Positions 19,367-28,890 of a stretch of DNA of 64,000 bases are shown here, in pieces. Position numbers and translations under genes: made by a program. Position 1 is the stretch's first letter; each line of letters begins with the position of its first letter. Source of the stretch: Terracidiphilus sp. (GTDB lineage Bacteria; Acidobacteriota; Terriglobia; Terriglobales; Acidobacteriaceae); contig JBEKUB010000005.1 in assembly GCA_049515455.1 (NCBI GenBank), forward strand, positions 82,858-146,857, given 5' to 3'. The notes below the pieces were generated by a model. That model saw only the letters and a program-made list of their open reading frames with translations. It ran no database searches and was not told the DNA's origin.

Positions 19367-20998
19367 GTGATAATGCCAAAAATGAAGCCCACAAGAAGAT
19401 CATTCATCGGTAGCGCCGCAGTCGTTGGCGCTACAACCGTTTCACAAGCTGCCCTGGGAGGATTGTCGTCTTCCGGCCAAAGTGCAATTGGAGGACCCAA
19501 TTCAGCAAGTTCATCGAGCGATGAACAGCCGCTCCCTGTGACAATTCGAGTGGCGGCCGGGAGACCAATCCACACAATGCGTGGCGGGATGGGAGCGTCC
19601 TTTCATGCAATTTCTGCTACGCTGCCCGGGATGAGACCAGGTGGCGGCTCATATTCCGGCAGTGCCTGGGGGGGCAATCCTGATGCCGGAGACGACAAGC
19701 ACTGGCAGGAAATATTCAAACATGCGGAGTGGCTCGGATTGGATTGGTGCCGTGTCGAAATCGAGCAGCGCATCTATGAGTCCGACCGGCGCGTCTTCGA
19801 CTGGGACAATGACGAGATGAAGGTTTTGTATCGCATTCTCGACTGGGCAGAGCGACGGAACGTGGACGTCTTTTTGCAGCAGATGTGGAGCGACGTCGCG
19901 TGGAACGCTTACCCCGGCAATGCCGATGATCCCATCAGTCGTCTGCGCAGCGCACCGTACTCGATACCGGAATGGGCCTTCGGACTCGGGGAACTCCTCA
20001 ATCACCTGACTCAAGTCAAGGGGTACAAATGTATCCGGTGGGTTTCGATTTCGAACGAGCCAGGTCACGACGATTTCTCCTGGTGGCAGGATTCTAAAAT
20101 GAAGGCGCTTCCCATCACACCTGGGTTGAAGGCGGCGCGGGAGGAGTTCGACCGTCGCGGACTGGCCGTACCCATCTCCGGACCTGATTGGACCGATCTG
20201 CCGGAACTCAACCCTTCCCAAGTTGATTTCGACGCTTACATCGGAGCGTACGATCTGCACTCCTACAGCGCGGTATTTGATTCGATGGGCGGGGGCACCA
20301 AGCTCACTGCATCAGAGAAGATCCTGAGCCAATGGGCTGAGTGGGCGCACGCAAGAAACAAGCCCCTCTTCCTCTCCGAGTTCGGAACCATGGCCTACGG
20401 ATGGGGCCACATCGATGCAGCCCCGGCCTGCTATCAGTCCGGGCTCCAAAATGCCTCTCTCGTCGTTCGCGCCATCAACGCCGGTGTAGACGGCTTCAAT
20501 CGCTGGAGCTTTACCAATCGCGGCGATCTCGATGGACAATGGCAACTGCTCCGCACATGGGACGTTGACCACGACAGATTGCTCGAATCCTTCTCACCCC
20601 AGCCCAATGCCTACTATCAATACGCAATGTTCACGCGCTATCTGCCCAAGTACTCTGACGTGCTTGCCACGCAGGTGGAGGGGCCGTATCTCGCATGCGA
20701 TCGGAAGTTGGTAGCCGCCGCTCTCCGCACTCCGAAAGGAAACTACACTCTTTTATTGGTGAATGAAAGCCATCGCGCCGCCGACGTCCGTTTCGAGTTC
20801 AAGGATCTTCCCGCAGCGCTGCGCTTGCACAGGTATTCATTGACCAAAGAGACTGAGGACCGTAGCAAAGTGGATCTTCGCTCGGACCGGGCCTTAGATG
20901 TGAGCGAATCGTTCACTGACCGCGTTCCGCCCATGAGCATCGTCGTCTACTCGACCTACGATTTAATCGCCGACGAGCCAGGCATCATCGCCGAATAG
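19367..20998 (+). CDS. Clan GH-A glycoside hydrolase (GH30/GH5-like), Tat signal
   Basis: TRRSFI leader, Ser-rich linker, acid/base SNEPG, nucleophile LSEFG, C-terminal beta-sandwich (TLLLVNES). Confidence 0.75.
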   Translation: MIMPKMKPTRRSFIGSAAVVGATTVSQAALGGLSSSGQSAIGGPNSASSSSDEQPLPVTIRVAAGRPIHTMRGGMGASFHAISATLPGMRPGGGSYSGSAWGGNPDAGDDKHWQEIFKHAEWLGLDWCRVEIEQRIYESDRRVFDWDNDEMKVLYRILDWAERRNVDVFLQQMWSDVAWNAYPGNADDPISRLRSAPYSIPEWAFGLGELLNHLTQVKGYKCIRWVSISNEPGHDDFSWWQDSKMKALPITPGLKAAREEFDRRGLAVPISGPDWTDLPELNPSQVDFDAYIGAYDLHSYSAVFDSMGGGTKLTASEKILSQWAEWAHARNKPLFLSEFGTMAYGWGHIDAAPACYQSGLQNASLVVRAINAGVDGFNRWSFTNRGDLDGQWQLLRTWDVDHDRLLESFSPQPNAYYQYAMFTRYLPKYSDVLATQVEGPYLACDRKLVAAALRTPKGNYTLLLVNESHRAADVRFEFKDLPAALRLHRYSLTKETEDRSKVDLRSDRALDVSESFTDRVPPMSIVVYSTYDLIADEPGIIAE

Positions 20999-21059
20999 AC
21001 TCCGCTTCAATGAACAAGTCGGCAATCTGCAAATTCGTCCGCAGTTCACTTCTTTTCAA

Positions 21060-21146
21060 TGGTGCCCAGAGGGGGACTTGAACCCCCACGACCTTGCGGT
21101 CTGCGGATTTTAAGTCCGCTGCGTCTGCCAATTTCGCCATCCGGGC
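21060..21146 (-). tRNA. tRNA-Leu(TAA)
   Basis: 87 nt GCCCGGA...TGGGCACCA, anticodon loop CT-TAA-AA, long variable arm, TTCAAGT T-loop, encoded CCA. Confidence 0.97.
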
Positions 21147-21309
21147 TTGGAAGCACTGCCTCCTCATTATGGTAACTGAAGCAGCGACCTGGTTACCCGC
21201 AATTCCGTCCCCGCTTGACCGGCGGAAAGATAGCGACAGCCACCGCCAATATTTGCTCACGCAATTGGCGTTCCCTACCAGGCCGGTAAAGACTCTTGTT
21301 GAAGTGCTT

Positions 21310-21573
21310 TTATTGAACCTTGCGGAAGCAAATATCCTCGCCGTCCAACCGGTACTCGGCTGAACAAACATCGCCGCCGCAGATCATCGTTTCTCCGCCG
21401 CACAGTTGCCGGCGCGTAATGAGTCCCAAAGTCCCGCAGCGGGGGCAGGACATTACGGCCACAAACGGGTTTTGCGCCTGGCCCAGTTTTTCCTGGTTTT
21501 CCAGCACAAAAACCGTTCCTGGGTCCATCTTTTCGGGAATCCATTCTTCAAGAAACTGCAAGTCGGCTGACAT
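21310..21573 (-). CDS. Small Cys-rich putative zinc-ribbon protein
   Basis: GGAGG RBS before ATG 21573; CPRC and CGGDVC pairs in 87 aa. Confidence 0.65.
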   Translation of the reverse strand: MSADLQFLEEWIPEKMDPGTVFVLENQEKLGQAQNPFVAVMSCPRCGTLGLITRRQLCGGETMICGGDVCSAEYRLDGEDICFRKVQ

Positions 21574-21798
21574 CGTGCCCTCCAATGGGTTGATGTAACC
21601 GAGCCGCGCCCTTTTTATACTGGCCGGCTCCCTCGAACGAACAACTGCAGGCTGTGAATGGCATACGCGGAGGCTTGGATTCCTCCGGTCAAACTTATTG
21701 TCCTCCATGTTCCGGGGTGCGCGCCCCGGTGTCAACTATGAATCTGATGAGGGGAGTATCGAAAGGGATTCCCCGACCCACAGAGAGAAACCACCTCC

Positions 21799-24213
21799 TC
21801 ATTGGGAGGTTCCCGTTGACGCCCTGCCCTGAGGACCGGCCGAGGCATCGATCGCTTTGTAGGTCTCCTCGTTGCGAAGTATCCCCTGAACGTATTCACG
21901 GGTCTCGGTAAATGGAATGGATTCCACAAATTCATCGATGCCGTGATAAGGTCCGGCGGCCTGCCAGTCGAAAACGCGATCGTCGCCGGCGTTATAAGCT
22001 GCCAGTGCATACTCCACAACTCCGCCGAACTTATCCATGGTCTTGCGCAGGTCACGGGTGCCCAGGCGGATATTGGTCTCCGGGTCGAGCAGTTGATAGG
22101 TTTCGAAGTGGCTGATTCCCTCTTCACGCGCCATTGCTTTGCCCGTTGAAGGCAGCAGTTGCATCAGGCCGTAGGCATTAGCCTTGGAGATGGCCGAAGG
22201 ATTGAACTCCGACTCCTGTCGGATCAGCGAGGCAACCAGGTACGGGTCGAGATTGTTTTTAGCCGACTCAGCCTTGATCGTCTCCCACCACGGCTCGGGA
22301 AACAGAATCTGCCAGTAGATTAGCGGAATGGATTTGATGGAGGCCGAAGCTGCCGTGGGCAACGCGCGCTTGAGTGCACGCATGGCGCGGTAGTGTTCTC
22401 CATAGGTCGAATAGATCTGCGCCTCGGCCAGCGCGCTCCACGAAGAGGCGTCTGGATCGGCGGCAATCTCCTGGGAGATGTAGTCGTTCAAGCCTGCATT
22501 GGCCAGCAATCGGGCCTTGGCCAGGTGGGGACTGTCGGCGGGAAAGCTGTCTTCGAGCTGCGGTACCGGAGGAGCTTGAATGAGGTCCAGTTGCGGCTCC
22601 GCAGATGGCGACTCATTTGAAGCAGATACACCCAGCGCCGGGGTCCCCGGCAAGCGGTCTGTGCTTGCTGGGGTGGACAGTGCCGCCAGCCGTTGACGCG
22701 CCAGTTGGGCATAAAAGAAGTGCTGGTATGCGCGTACGATGGTGCGATAGCTAACCGCCGCCTGGGCGGGGTTGTGGTCCTGCAACTCGTAGAGGCGCCC
22801 CCGCCAGTAAATTGCGGCGACCGTCTCGGTGGCGCTGGGATAAAGCCGTATCTGCTCGACGAACAGCCGCTCCGCATCCGCATAAAGACCCTGCCGGTAA
22901 CTGAGCCAGCCGGCACGCCAGTGTGCCGCGGCGGCATTTTTACTGGTCGGGAAGTGAGTGGCCAGGTAGCTGTAGTACTCGACTGCCGTGGCATACTCGC
23001 GGCGCAGCAGATACATATTGCCGCTGGAGTAGAGCGCCTCGGCCAGCCACTGGCTCTGAGGGAATCGTGACTCCATCTCTGCGACGATCTGCTTCTGCTC
23101 GTCCAGATCGGTGCGGTTGCGTGCCAGTTCCATCAGCAGGTCGAGCCGCCGTGCGCCATTTTCGTCCTGCGTGTCGGGCAGAGCTTCAGCCTCAGCCCTG
23201 GTCAGACGTTTCAGTTTCAGGTCGCAGGCCGCCGCGGCCACGGCAAAACCGTTGCCGCTTTGGGCATCGAGACCGGACTCACGGGCGAGCGCGCGATATT
23301 GTTCCGCAGCCTCTGCGTAGCGCCCTCCGTTGTAGTAGGCATCGCCCAGGCTGCGTAACTCTGCCGTCGTCAGGCTGGTCTCGGCGCCCATCGCAGTCAG
23401 TTTGGCGCGCGCAGTCTCCGCCTCAGAACTCAGCGGATGGCCCAGCAACAGCTGCTTGAAGATCTGCTCTGCCGTCCGCGTCTCTCCCTGCGCGAGCGCA
23501 ACCTGCCCCTGCGCAAGCTGGAAGCCGGCGCGATTCGCAGCCGCAGTTCCTGCAGCTTGAGCCAACACTCGTTGCGCGCTCGCCGTCTCGTTCATGGCCA
23601 GCAGCACACTGGCCTCCAGTTCCGGCGCCTGACCATTGAAGATGCTGTCGGGATAGCGGTCGGAATAGCCATGCAACATGTCCTCGGCAGCGGAGTCATT
23701 GCCGGCCTCATGATTGGCATGTGCGCCTAGAAAATCTGCGTAGTCGGCCAGCACGTCTCCCGCCTGGCGAGCGAGTCGGAAATTGACCGCAGCATCGGAG
23801 TAGCGCTTATCGAGAAGATTGGCGTGCCCCAGGGCCAAGTAAGCCGCCGCGGCAGCCTCACCGCTGTGCGCGTGCGCATAATTGGTTACTCCCGCATAGG
23901 CCGCAGGTGTGCGCAGCGTGGCCAGCTGCTGGGCCATCGGCCTCAGCTCGGTTGAAGCCACAAAGGCCAGCTTGATGCGGGCTGTCCGCGCCGTTCGTTT
24001 CTTTCGGCTTCCGATCTTCTTGCCCTTCTTGCTGGCCTTGGCGGAAGCCTTTGTGGTCTTCGACCGGGACGAAGACGCGCCAGAGTTCCTGGCTGCTCCA
24101 ATGTCCGCAGTCTGCCCCGTTGCCGAAGCTGCAACGATCAGCAGAGACAACGAGACGGCCAGGAGTTGCCGCGACAGATTCAGTTTGAAAACCGGGGAAT
24201 TTCCGACCCGCAT
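21799..24213 (-). CDS. Soluble lytic transglycosylase with TPR scaffold (Slt70-like)
   Basis: Signal peptide, TPR-like repeats, IRQES, AYGLMQL, AAYNAG, ETREYV. Confidence 0.9.
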   Translation of the reverse strand: MRVGNSPVFKLNLSRQLLAVSLSLLIVAASATGQTADIGAARNSGASSSRSKTTKASAKASKKGKKIGSRKKRTARTARIKLAFVASTELRPMAQQLATLRTPAAYAGVTNYAHAHSGEAAAAAYLALGHANLLDKRYSDAAVNFRLARQAGDVLADYADFLGAHANHEAGNDSAAEDMLHGYSDRYPDSIFNGQAPELEASVLLAMNETASAQRVLAQAAGTAAANRAGFQLAQGQVALAQGETRTAEQIFKQLLLGHPLSSEAETARAKLTAMGAETSLTTAELRSLGDAYYNGGRYAEAAEQYRALARESGLDAQSGNGFAVAAAACDLKLKRLTRAEAEALPDTQDENGARRLDLLMELARNRTDLDEQKQIVAEMESRFPQSQWLAEALYSSGNMYLLRREYATAVEYYSYLATHFPTSKNAAAAHWRAGWLSYRQGLYADAERLFVEQIRLYPSATETVAAIYWRGRLYELQDHNPAQAAVSYRTIVRAYQHFFYAQLARQRLAALSTPASTDRLPGTPALGVSASNESPSAEPQLDLIQAPPVPQLEDSFPADSPHLAKARLLANAGLNDYISQEIAADPDASSWSALAEAQIYSTYGEHYRAMRALKRALPTAASASIKSIPLIYWQILFPEPWWETIKAESAKNNLDPYLVASLIRQESEFNPSAISKANAYGLMQLLPSTGKAMAREEGISHFETYQLLDPETNIRLGTRDLRKTMDKFGGVVEYALAAYNAGDDRVFDWQAAGPYHGIDEFVESIPFTETREYVQGILRNEETYKAIDASAGPQGRASTGTSQ

Positions 24214-24421
24214 ATCTCTACTTTATGCTGATTTGGCGCCGCCGTGGCCACAGGGAACCAGCGTTGTTACGAATGGTTTTTCCCAATTGTCCCATTCTCC
24301 ATGCCTGCGAACGAGACTGGCCCGGTTTGGTCCCGGGCGCCTGCGTCCTTTACACTCATCTTCTAGGACCTGTGGCGAATGCCATTGGCCTGTCTCAAAC
24401 GATTTCTCGCATCCAACCCCC

Positions 24422-25048
24422 ATGGCCATCATCCAACCAATTGCAGGAGAACTCGAACCGCATCCCGACGTCGCCCTGGTCGCCAGGGTACGCGGCGGGG
24501 ACGTTTCGGCGTACGACACGCTGGTCCGAAAGTATGACCGGCAGATCTTCAGAATTGCGCAGCACATTACGCAAAACCGTGAAGATGCCGAAGACGTGAT
24601 GCAGGACGCGTTTCTCAAGGCGTACGAGAAGCTCGATCAGTTCCAGGGGAATTCGAAATTCTACACATGGTTGGTGCGAATTGCAGTCAACGAAAGCCTG
24701 ATGCGGCTGCGCAAGCGGCGCACAGGCAAGATGGTCTCGATCGACGAGGAGATCGAGACCGACGAGGGCAGCGTCCCACGCGACCTGGCCGATTGGGCGC
24801 CCGACCCGGAGCAGAACTACAACCAGGCAGAACTTGCCGAAATCCTGAGAAAGACAATTCAGGGGCTGCCGCAAGGCTTTCGTATCGTTTTTGTCCTGCG
24901 GGACGTAGAGGGTCTTTCCACCGAAGAAACTGCGGAAACGCTGAATCTCAGCATTCCCGCCGTAAAGTCGCGCCTGTTGCGCGCCAGGCTGCAACTGCGC
25001 GAACGCCTGAGCCGTTACTTCCACCGGAAAAGAGGAAGTGAGAAGTGA
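24422..25048 (+). CDS. ECF RNA polymerase sigma factor
   Basis: DAEDVMQDAF, FYTWLVRIAVN, HTH with AVKSRLLRAR; ATG 24422. Confidence 0.92.
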   Translation: MAIIQPIAGELEPHPDVALVARVRGGDVSAYDTLVRKYDRQIFRIAQHITQNREDAEDVMQDAFLKAYEKLDQFQGNSKFYTWLVRIAVNESLMRLRKRRTGKMVSIDEEIETDEGSVPRDLADWAPDPEQNYNQAELAEILRKTIQGLPQGFRIVFVLRDVEGLSTEETAETLNLSIPAVKSRLLRARLQLRERLSRYFHRKRGSEK

Positions 25049-25281
25049 AATGCTCTGAGTTTCTCGCCCTGCTCGACGATCTGATCGACGACTCGCTCAC
25101 GCCCGAGGTGCGCGCCGACTTCGAACAGCACCTGCGCGGCTGCAGCCACTGCGAGGTCATCCTCAACACCACCAAGAAGACCATCGAAATCTACCGGTCT
25201 CACGAAATCTACGACCTCCCCAACGGCCTCCGCGAACGCCTTCACGCCGCCATCATGGCCCGCTGTAAAAAAGGCTGCTGA
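25045..25281 (+). CDS. Zinc-binding anti-sigma factor (zf-HC2/ZAS)
   Basis: MKC...FEQHLRGCSHC (HxxxCxxC); 4-bp overlap with the sigma stop; no TM. Confidence 0.85.
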   Translation: MKCSEFLALLDDLIDDSLTPEVRADFEQHLRGCSHCEVILNTTKKTIEIYRSHEIYDLPNGLRERLHAAIMARCKKGC

Positions 25282-25421
25282 GCGCGTCCCAGAAGCACTG
25301 CCGCAATGATCCTCGACTGATGGAATTCGCCCACACAACTTTGTAACCTATGCTGGGTTCCAACCATTGGGAAGCCCGCGCCGTACTCGCACCCCGGCCA
25401 CCTTCCGTAGGAGCGCTATTC

Positions 25422-27608
25422 ATGAAACGCTTCAGAGGAATCCTGGCCATACTTGTCTGCGCCAGCCTTTCGATCTCTTCCTCGCCCATGCTGGGGGAAA
25501 CGGCTCCATCACCAGCCGATCAATCCACAAGTCAGGGTTCTGCCAGGCCGTCCAACCAATCCGCCCAAATCCAGGGCGACGCCCGCATCTTGCACGCCCT
25601 CAACCGCTTTACCTTCGGACCGCGGCCGGGTGATCTCGAAGCTGTGCGAGCGATGGGCCTGGAAAAGTGGTTCAACCGGCAGTTGCACCCCGAAACCCTC
25701 GACCAGACTAATCTTGATGCCCGCCTCGCCCAGTTCCCCGCCATGCAAGGTAACCCGCAGGACCTGCTCTATCGTCTACCCAGCAACGCCGTCATTCGCC
25801 AGATAGCCGACGGCAAAGCATCGATCCCAGAAGGTCAGGGGCTGCGCCCAATCTATGACGACGAGCTTGCTCGCGTGGAATTGCGGAGACAGCAGCGAGA
25901 GCAGAAGAAGCAGGAACAGACTTCTATCGCCGCCAGCGGCGCAATGGACTCACAGGCTATGAACGGCTCAGCCATGAAGGATGGCGCCGGAGTGGCTACG
26001 GAACCAACGCAACCCCCTCAAGACCAGATGAGCATGAACTCCTCCATGAGCAAACCCGATCAACCGCCCTTTGACCCATCTCGAGTCCCCGGCATTCTCG
26101 CCCTAACCGCCCAACAGCGCATGAACCGTCTGGCAGCTATGACGCAGCCCGAGTTCGACGGTTTCCGCAATGCACTCAAGCCGAAGCAGCGCACCGCTCT
26201 GACCTCAGACCTAAGCCCCACGCAAAGAGAGTTTGTAGCAGCGCTCGAAAACCCTCAGCGAGTGATCATCGATGAGTTGGACGCCCAGCGCCTCACGCGC
26301 GACATCTATTCCAATGCCCAGCTCCAGGAAGTAATGACCGACTTCTGGCTCAACCACTTTAATGTATTTCTTCATAAAAATGAGGCAACTCCTTACTACC
26401 TCGTGGGTTATGAGCGGGACGTAATCCGCCCCCACGCTCTGGGCAAGTTCGAGGATCTGCTGGAGGCAACGGCGCACAGCCCGGCGATGCTCCTCTATCT
26501 GGACAACTCGAGCAGCATGGGTCCGGATTCTCCCTCTGCCGAGCGCACTAGGGCGCGGGAGCAAATCTCCGCTGTCCGCAACCCCACCGCAGCGAAGAAA
26601 GCACCCGAAGGCCTCAACGAAAACTATGCCCGCGAACTGATGGAGTTGCACACCCTCGGCGTCAGCGGCGGCTATACCCAGGCGGACGTGACCCAGGTGG
26701 CCCGCATCCTCACCGGCTGGACCGTCGATCGCCCCCAGCGCGGTGGCGGATTTAAATTCGACGAAACCCGCCATGAGCCTGGAATGAAAAAAGTCCTGGG
26801 CAAAAAGTTCAAGCAAAACGGCGAAGCGGAGGGCCGCGAGCTTCTGCATATGCTCGCAACTCGGCCGGCGACTGCCCAATTCATCTCCCACAAGCTAGCC
26901 GTTCGTTTCGTCGGCGACGATCCGCCGAAGAGCATGGTAGATCGCATGGCCAAGTCCTACCTGAAGAGCGGCGGCGATGTATCCGCAGTCCTCAAGACCC
27001 TCTTCCACTCCCCCGAATTCTGGTCGGCAGACGCTTACCGGGCCAAGGTGAAAACTCCAATCGAGTACGTAGTCTCCGCCGCGCGCGCCAGCAACGCGAA
27101 TTTTGACAACATGCAGCCGCTCGCCAATGCCCTGCGCGCCATGGGCATGCCGCTCTATGAATCGGTTCCTCCCACGGGCTATAGCTGGCAATCCTCCACC
27201 TGGGTCAGCACCGGCGCGCTGGTCAACCGCATGAACTTTGCGCTCTCCCTGGCCGCCAACAAGCTTCCCGGCATTACCGTCAACTGGCCGCCGCCCGCGG
27301 ATTACACGACCGCACAGCTCGATGAGGAAAACGCTGCTCACCAATCCGCTGCGAGCCCCACTCCCGATCCGGCAGCCGAAGAACAGCGCCTTGAATCCCT
27401 CCTCGTAGCGGGCGGTGTGAGCGAGACAACCCGGTCGGCCGTCTTACAACAATTGGACCAGCAGGGATCGGGGAATTTGATGCCGACCAAACCGGTAGCG
27501 GTAACCACCCGGCGAGTGACACCGGCGCAAGCAGTCGCTGCACTTGAAAAACAAGACCAACTGCTAGCCGGTCTACTGCTCGGCTCTCCGGAGTTTCAGC
27601 GCCGATAA
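25422..27608 (+). CDS. DUF1800 family exported protein
   Basis: LNRFTFGPRP, FWLNHFNV, HSPAMLLYLDN, NENYARELMELHTLG, KVKTP, SPEFQRR; signal peptide. Confidence 0.9.
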   Translation: MKRFRGILAILVCASLSISSSPMLGETAPSPADQSTSQGSARPSNQSAQIQGDARILHALNRFTFGPRPGDLEAVRAMGLEKWFNRQLHPETLDQTNLDARLAQFPAMQGNPQDLLYRLPSNAVIRQIADGKASIPEGQGLRPIYDDELARVELRRQQREQKKQEQTSIAASGAMDSQAMNGSAMKDGAGVATEPTQPPQDQMSMNSSMSKPDQPPFDPSRVPGILALTAQQRMNRLAAMTQPEFDGFRNALKPKQRTALTSDLSPTQREFVAALENPQRVIIDELDAQRLTRDIYSNAQLQEVMTDFWLNHFNVFLHKNEATPYYLVGYERDVIRPHALGKFEDLLEATAHSPAMLLYLDNSSSMGPDSPSAERTRAREQISAVRNPTAAKKAPEGLNENYARELMELHTLGVSGGYTQADVTQVARILTGWTVDRPQRGGGFKFDETRHEPGMKKVLGKKFKQNGEAEGRELLHMLATRPATAQFISHKLAVRFVGDDPPKSMVDRMAKSYLKSGGDVSAVLKTLFHSPEFWSADAYRAKVKTPIEYVVSAARASNANFDNMQPLANALRAMGMPLYESVPPTGYSWQSSTWVSTGALVNRMNFALSLAANKLPGITVNWPPPADYTTAQLDEENAAHQSAASPTPDPAAEEQRLESLLVAGGVSETTRSAVLQQLDQQGSGNLMPTKPVAVTTRRVTPAQAVAALEKQDQLLAGLLLGSPEFQRR

Positions 27609-27636
27609 CGAACCGCGACAGGTCATTGAGGTAAAC

Positions 27637-28881
27637 ATGCATACCAACCGCAGATTCTTCCTCCGCAACGGCGCACTGGCAATTGCCGGCACCGCGACCA
27701 TCCCCAGCTTCCTCGTTCGCTCCGTCATGGCCGAATCTGCAATCAATCCCGGCCGGCGGCTGGTGGTCATCTTCCAGCGCGGCGCGGCAGACGGCCTCAA
27801 CGTCGTAGTTCCCTACCGCGAGCCGAACTACTACGCCATGCGTCCCGGCATCGCGATACCCGCTGACAAGGTACTCGACCTCGATGGCTTCTTCGGCCTG
27901 CATCCTTCGCTGGCAACCTTCAAGCCGCTCTATGACCAGGGGCAACTTGCCGTGGTCCATGCGGCCGGCTCACCGGATATGTCTCGTTCCCACTTCGACG
28001 CGCAGGATTACATGGAGTCCGGCACGCCAGGCATCAAGAGCACTGAAGACGGCTGGCTCAACCGCGCGTTGCAATCGGAAGACCTGCGTCACAACCAGGA
28101 ACATACTGCCTTTCGCGCCCTGGCTCTCGGCTCCGCGGTTCCACGCACGTTGGCCGGCAAGATTCCCGCCATCGCGCTCACCAACGTCAACAACTTCACC
28201 GTCGGCGGACGCGGCCCCGCTCCCTCACCCGCCGCCAACGCCTTCGAGGCAATGTACGGTGAGAGCGGCGACAGCATTCTCCACTCCACCGGCGACGAGA
28301 CCTTTGAAGCCGTCAAGATGCTCCGCGCCGCCAATCCGGCGCAATACAAGCCCGGCCCCGGCGTCGACTATCCCACTTCAGAATTCGGCAACAACATGAA
28401 GCAGATTGCTCAACTGCTCAAGGCCAACCTCGGAGTTGAAGCTGCATTCACCGACGTTGGCGGATGGGATACGCATCAGAACCAGGGCGGAGTGAACGGC
28501 CAGCTTGCAGACCGCCTGCGCGACTTTTCATCGAGCATCGCCGCCTTCTGGCGCGACCTGGGCGATGGCGCTGAATCCGTCACCCTGGTCACCATGTCAG
28601 AATTCGGCCGCACCGCCCGCCAGAACGGCACCGGCGGCACCGACCACGGCCACGCCAACGCAATGTTTGTTCTCGGTGGACAGGTGAAAGGCGGCAAAGT
28701 CTACGGCCACTGGCCCGGCCTCGCCAACGAGCAACTGAACGAAGGCCGCGACCTGGCCGTCACCACAGACTTTCGCCAGGTGCTGGGAGAAGCAGTCGCC
28801 AAAACCATCGGCGCCAACAATCTTGAACAGGTCTTCCCCGGCGCACGCCTGCGATCCGACCGCTTCCTGCGCCTGATTTAG
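27637..28881 (+). CDS. DUF1501 family Tat-exported protein
   Basis: RRFFL, QRGAADGLN, RSHFDAQ, GGWDTH, SEFGRT, GTDHG. Confidence 0.9.
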   Translation: MHTNRRFFLRNGALAIAGTATIPSFLVRSVMAESAINPGRRLVVIFQRGAADGLNVVVPYREPNYYAMRPGIAIPADKVLDLDGFFGLHPSLATFKPLYDQGQLAVVHAAGSPDMSRSHFDAQDYMESGTPGIKSTEDGWLNRALQSEDLRHNQEHTAFRALALGSAVPRTLAGKIPAIALTNVNNFTVGGRGPAPSPAANAFEAMYGESGDSILHSTGDETFEAVKMLRAANPAQYKPGPGVDYPTSEFGNNMKQIAQLLKANLGVEAAFTDVGGWDTHQNQGGVNGQLADRLRDFSSSIAAFWRDLGDGAESVTLVTMSEFGRTARQNGTGGTDHGHANAMFVLGGQVKGGKVYGHWPGLANEQLNEGRDLAVTTDFRQVLGEAVAKTIGANNLEQVFPGARLRSDRFLRLI

Positions 28882-28890
28882 CGTCAAGCT

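Noticed and set aside
23909-24421. ORF-track N-terminal extension of the ECF sigma
   Set aside because: It overlaps slt antisense and has no sigma similarity; the domain starts at ATG 24422.
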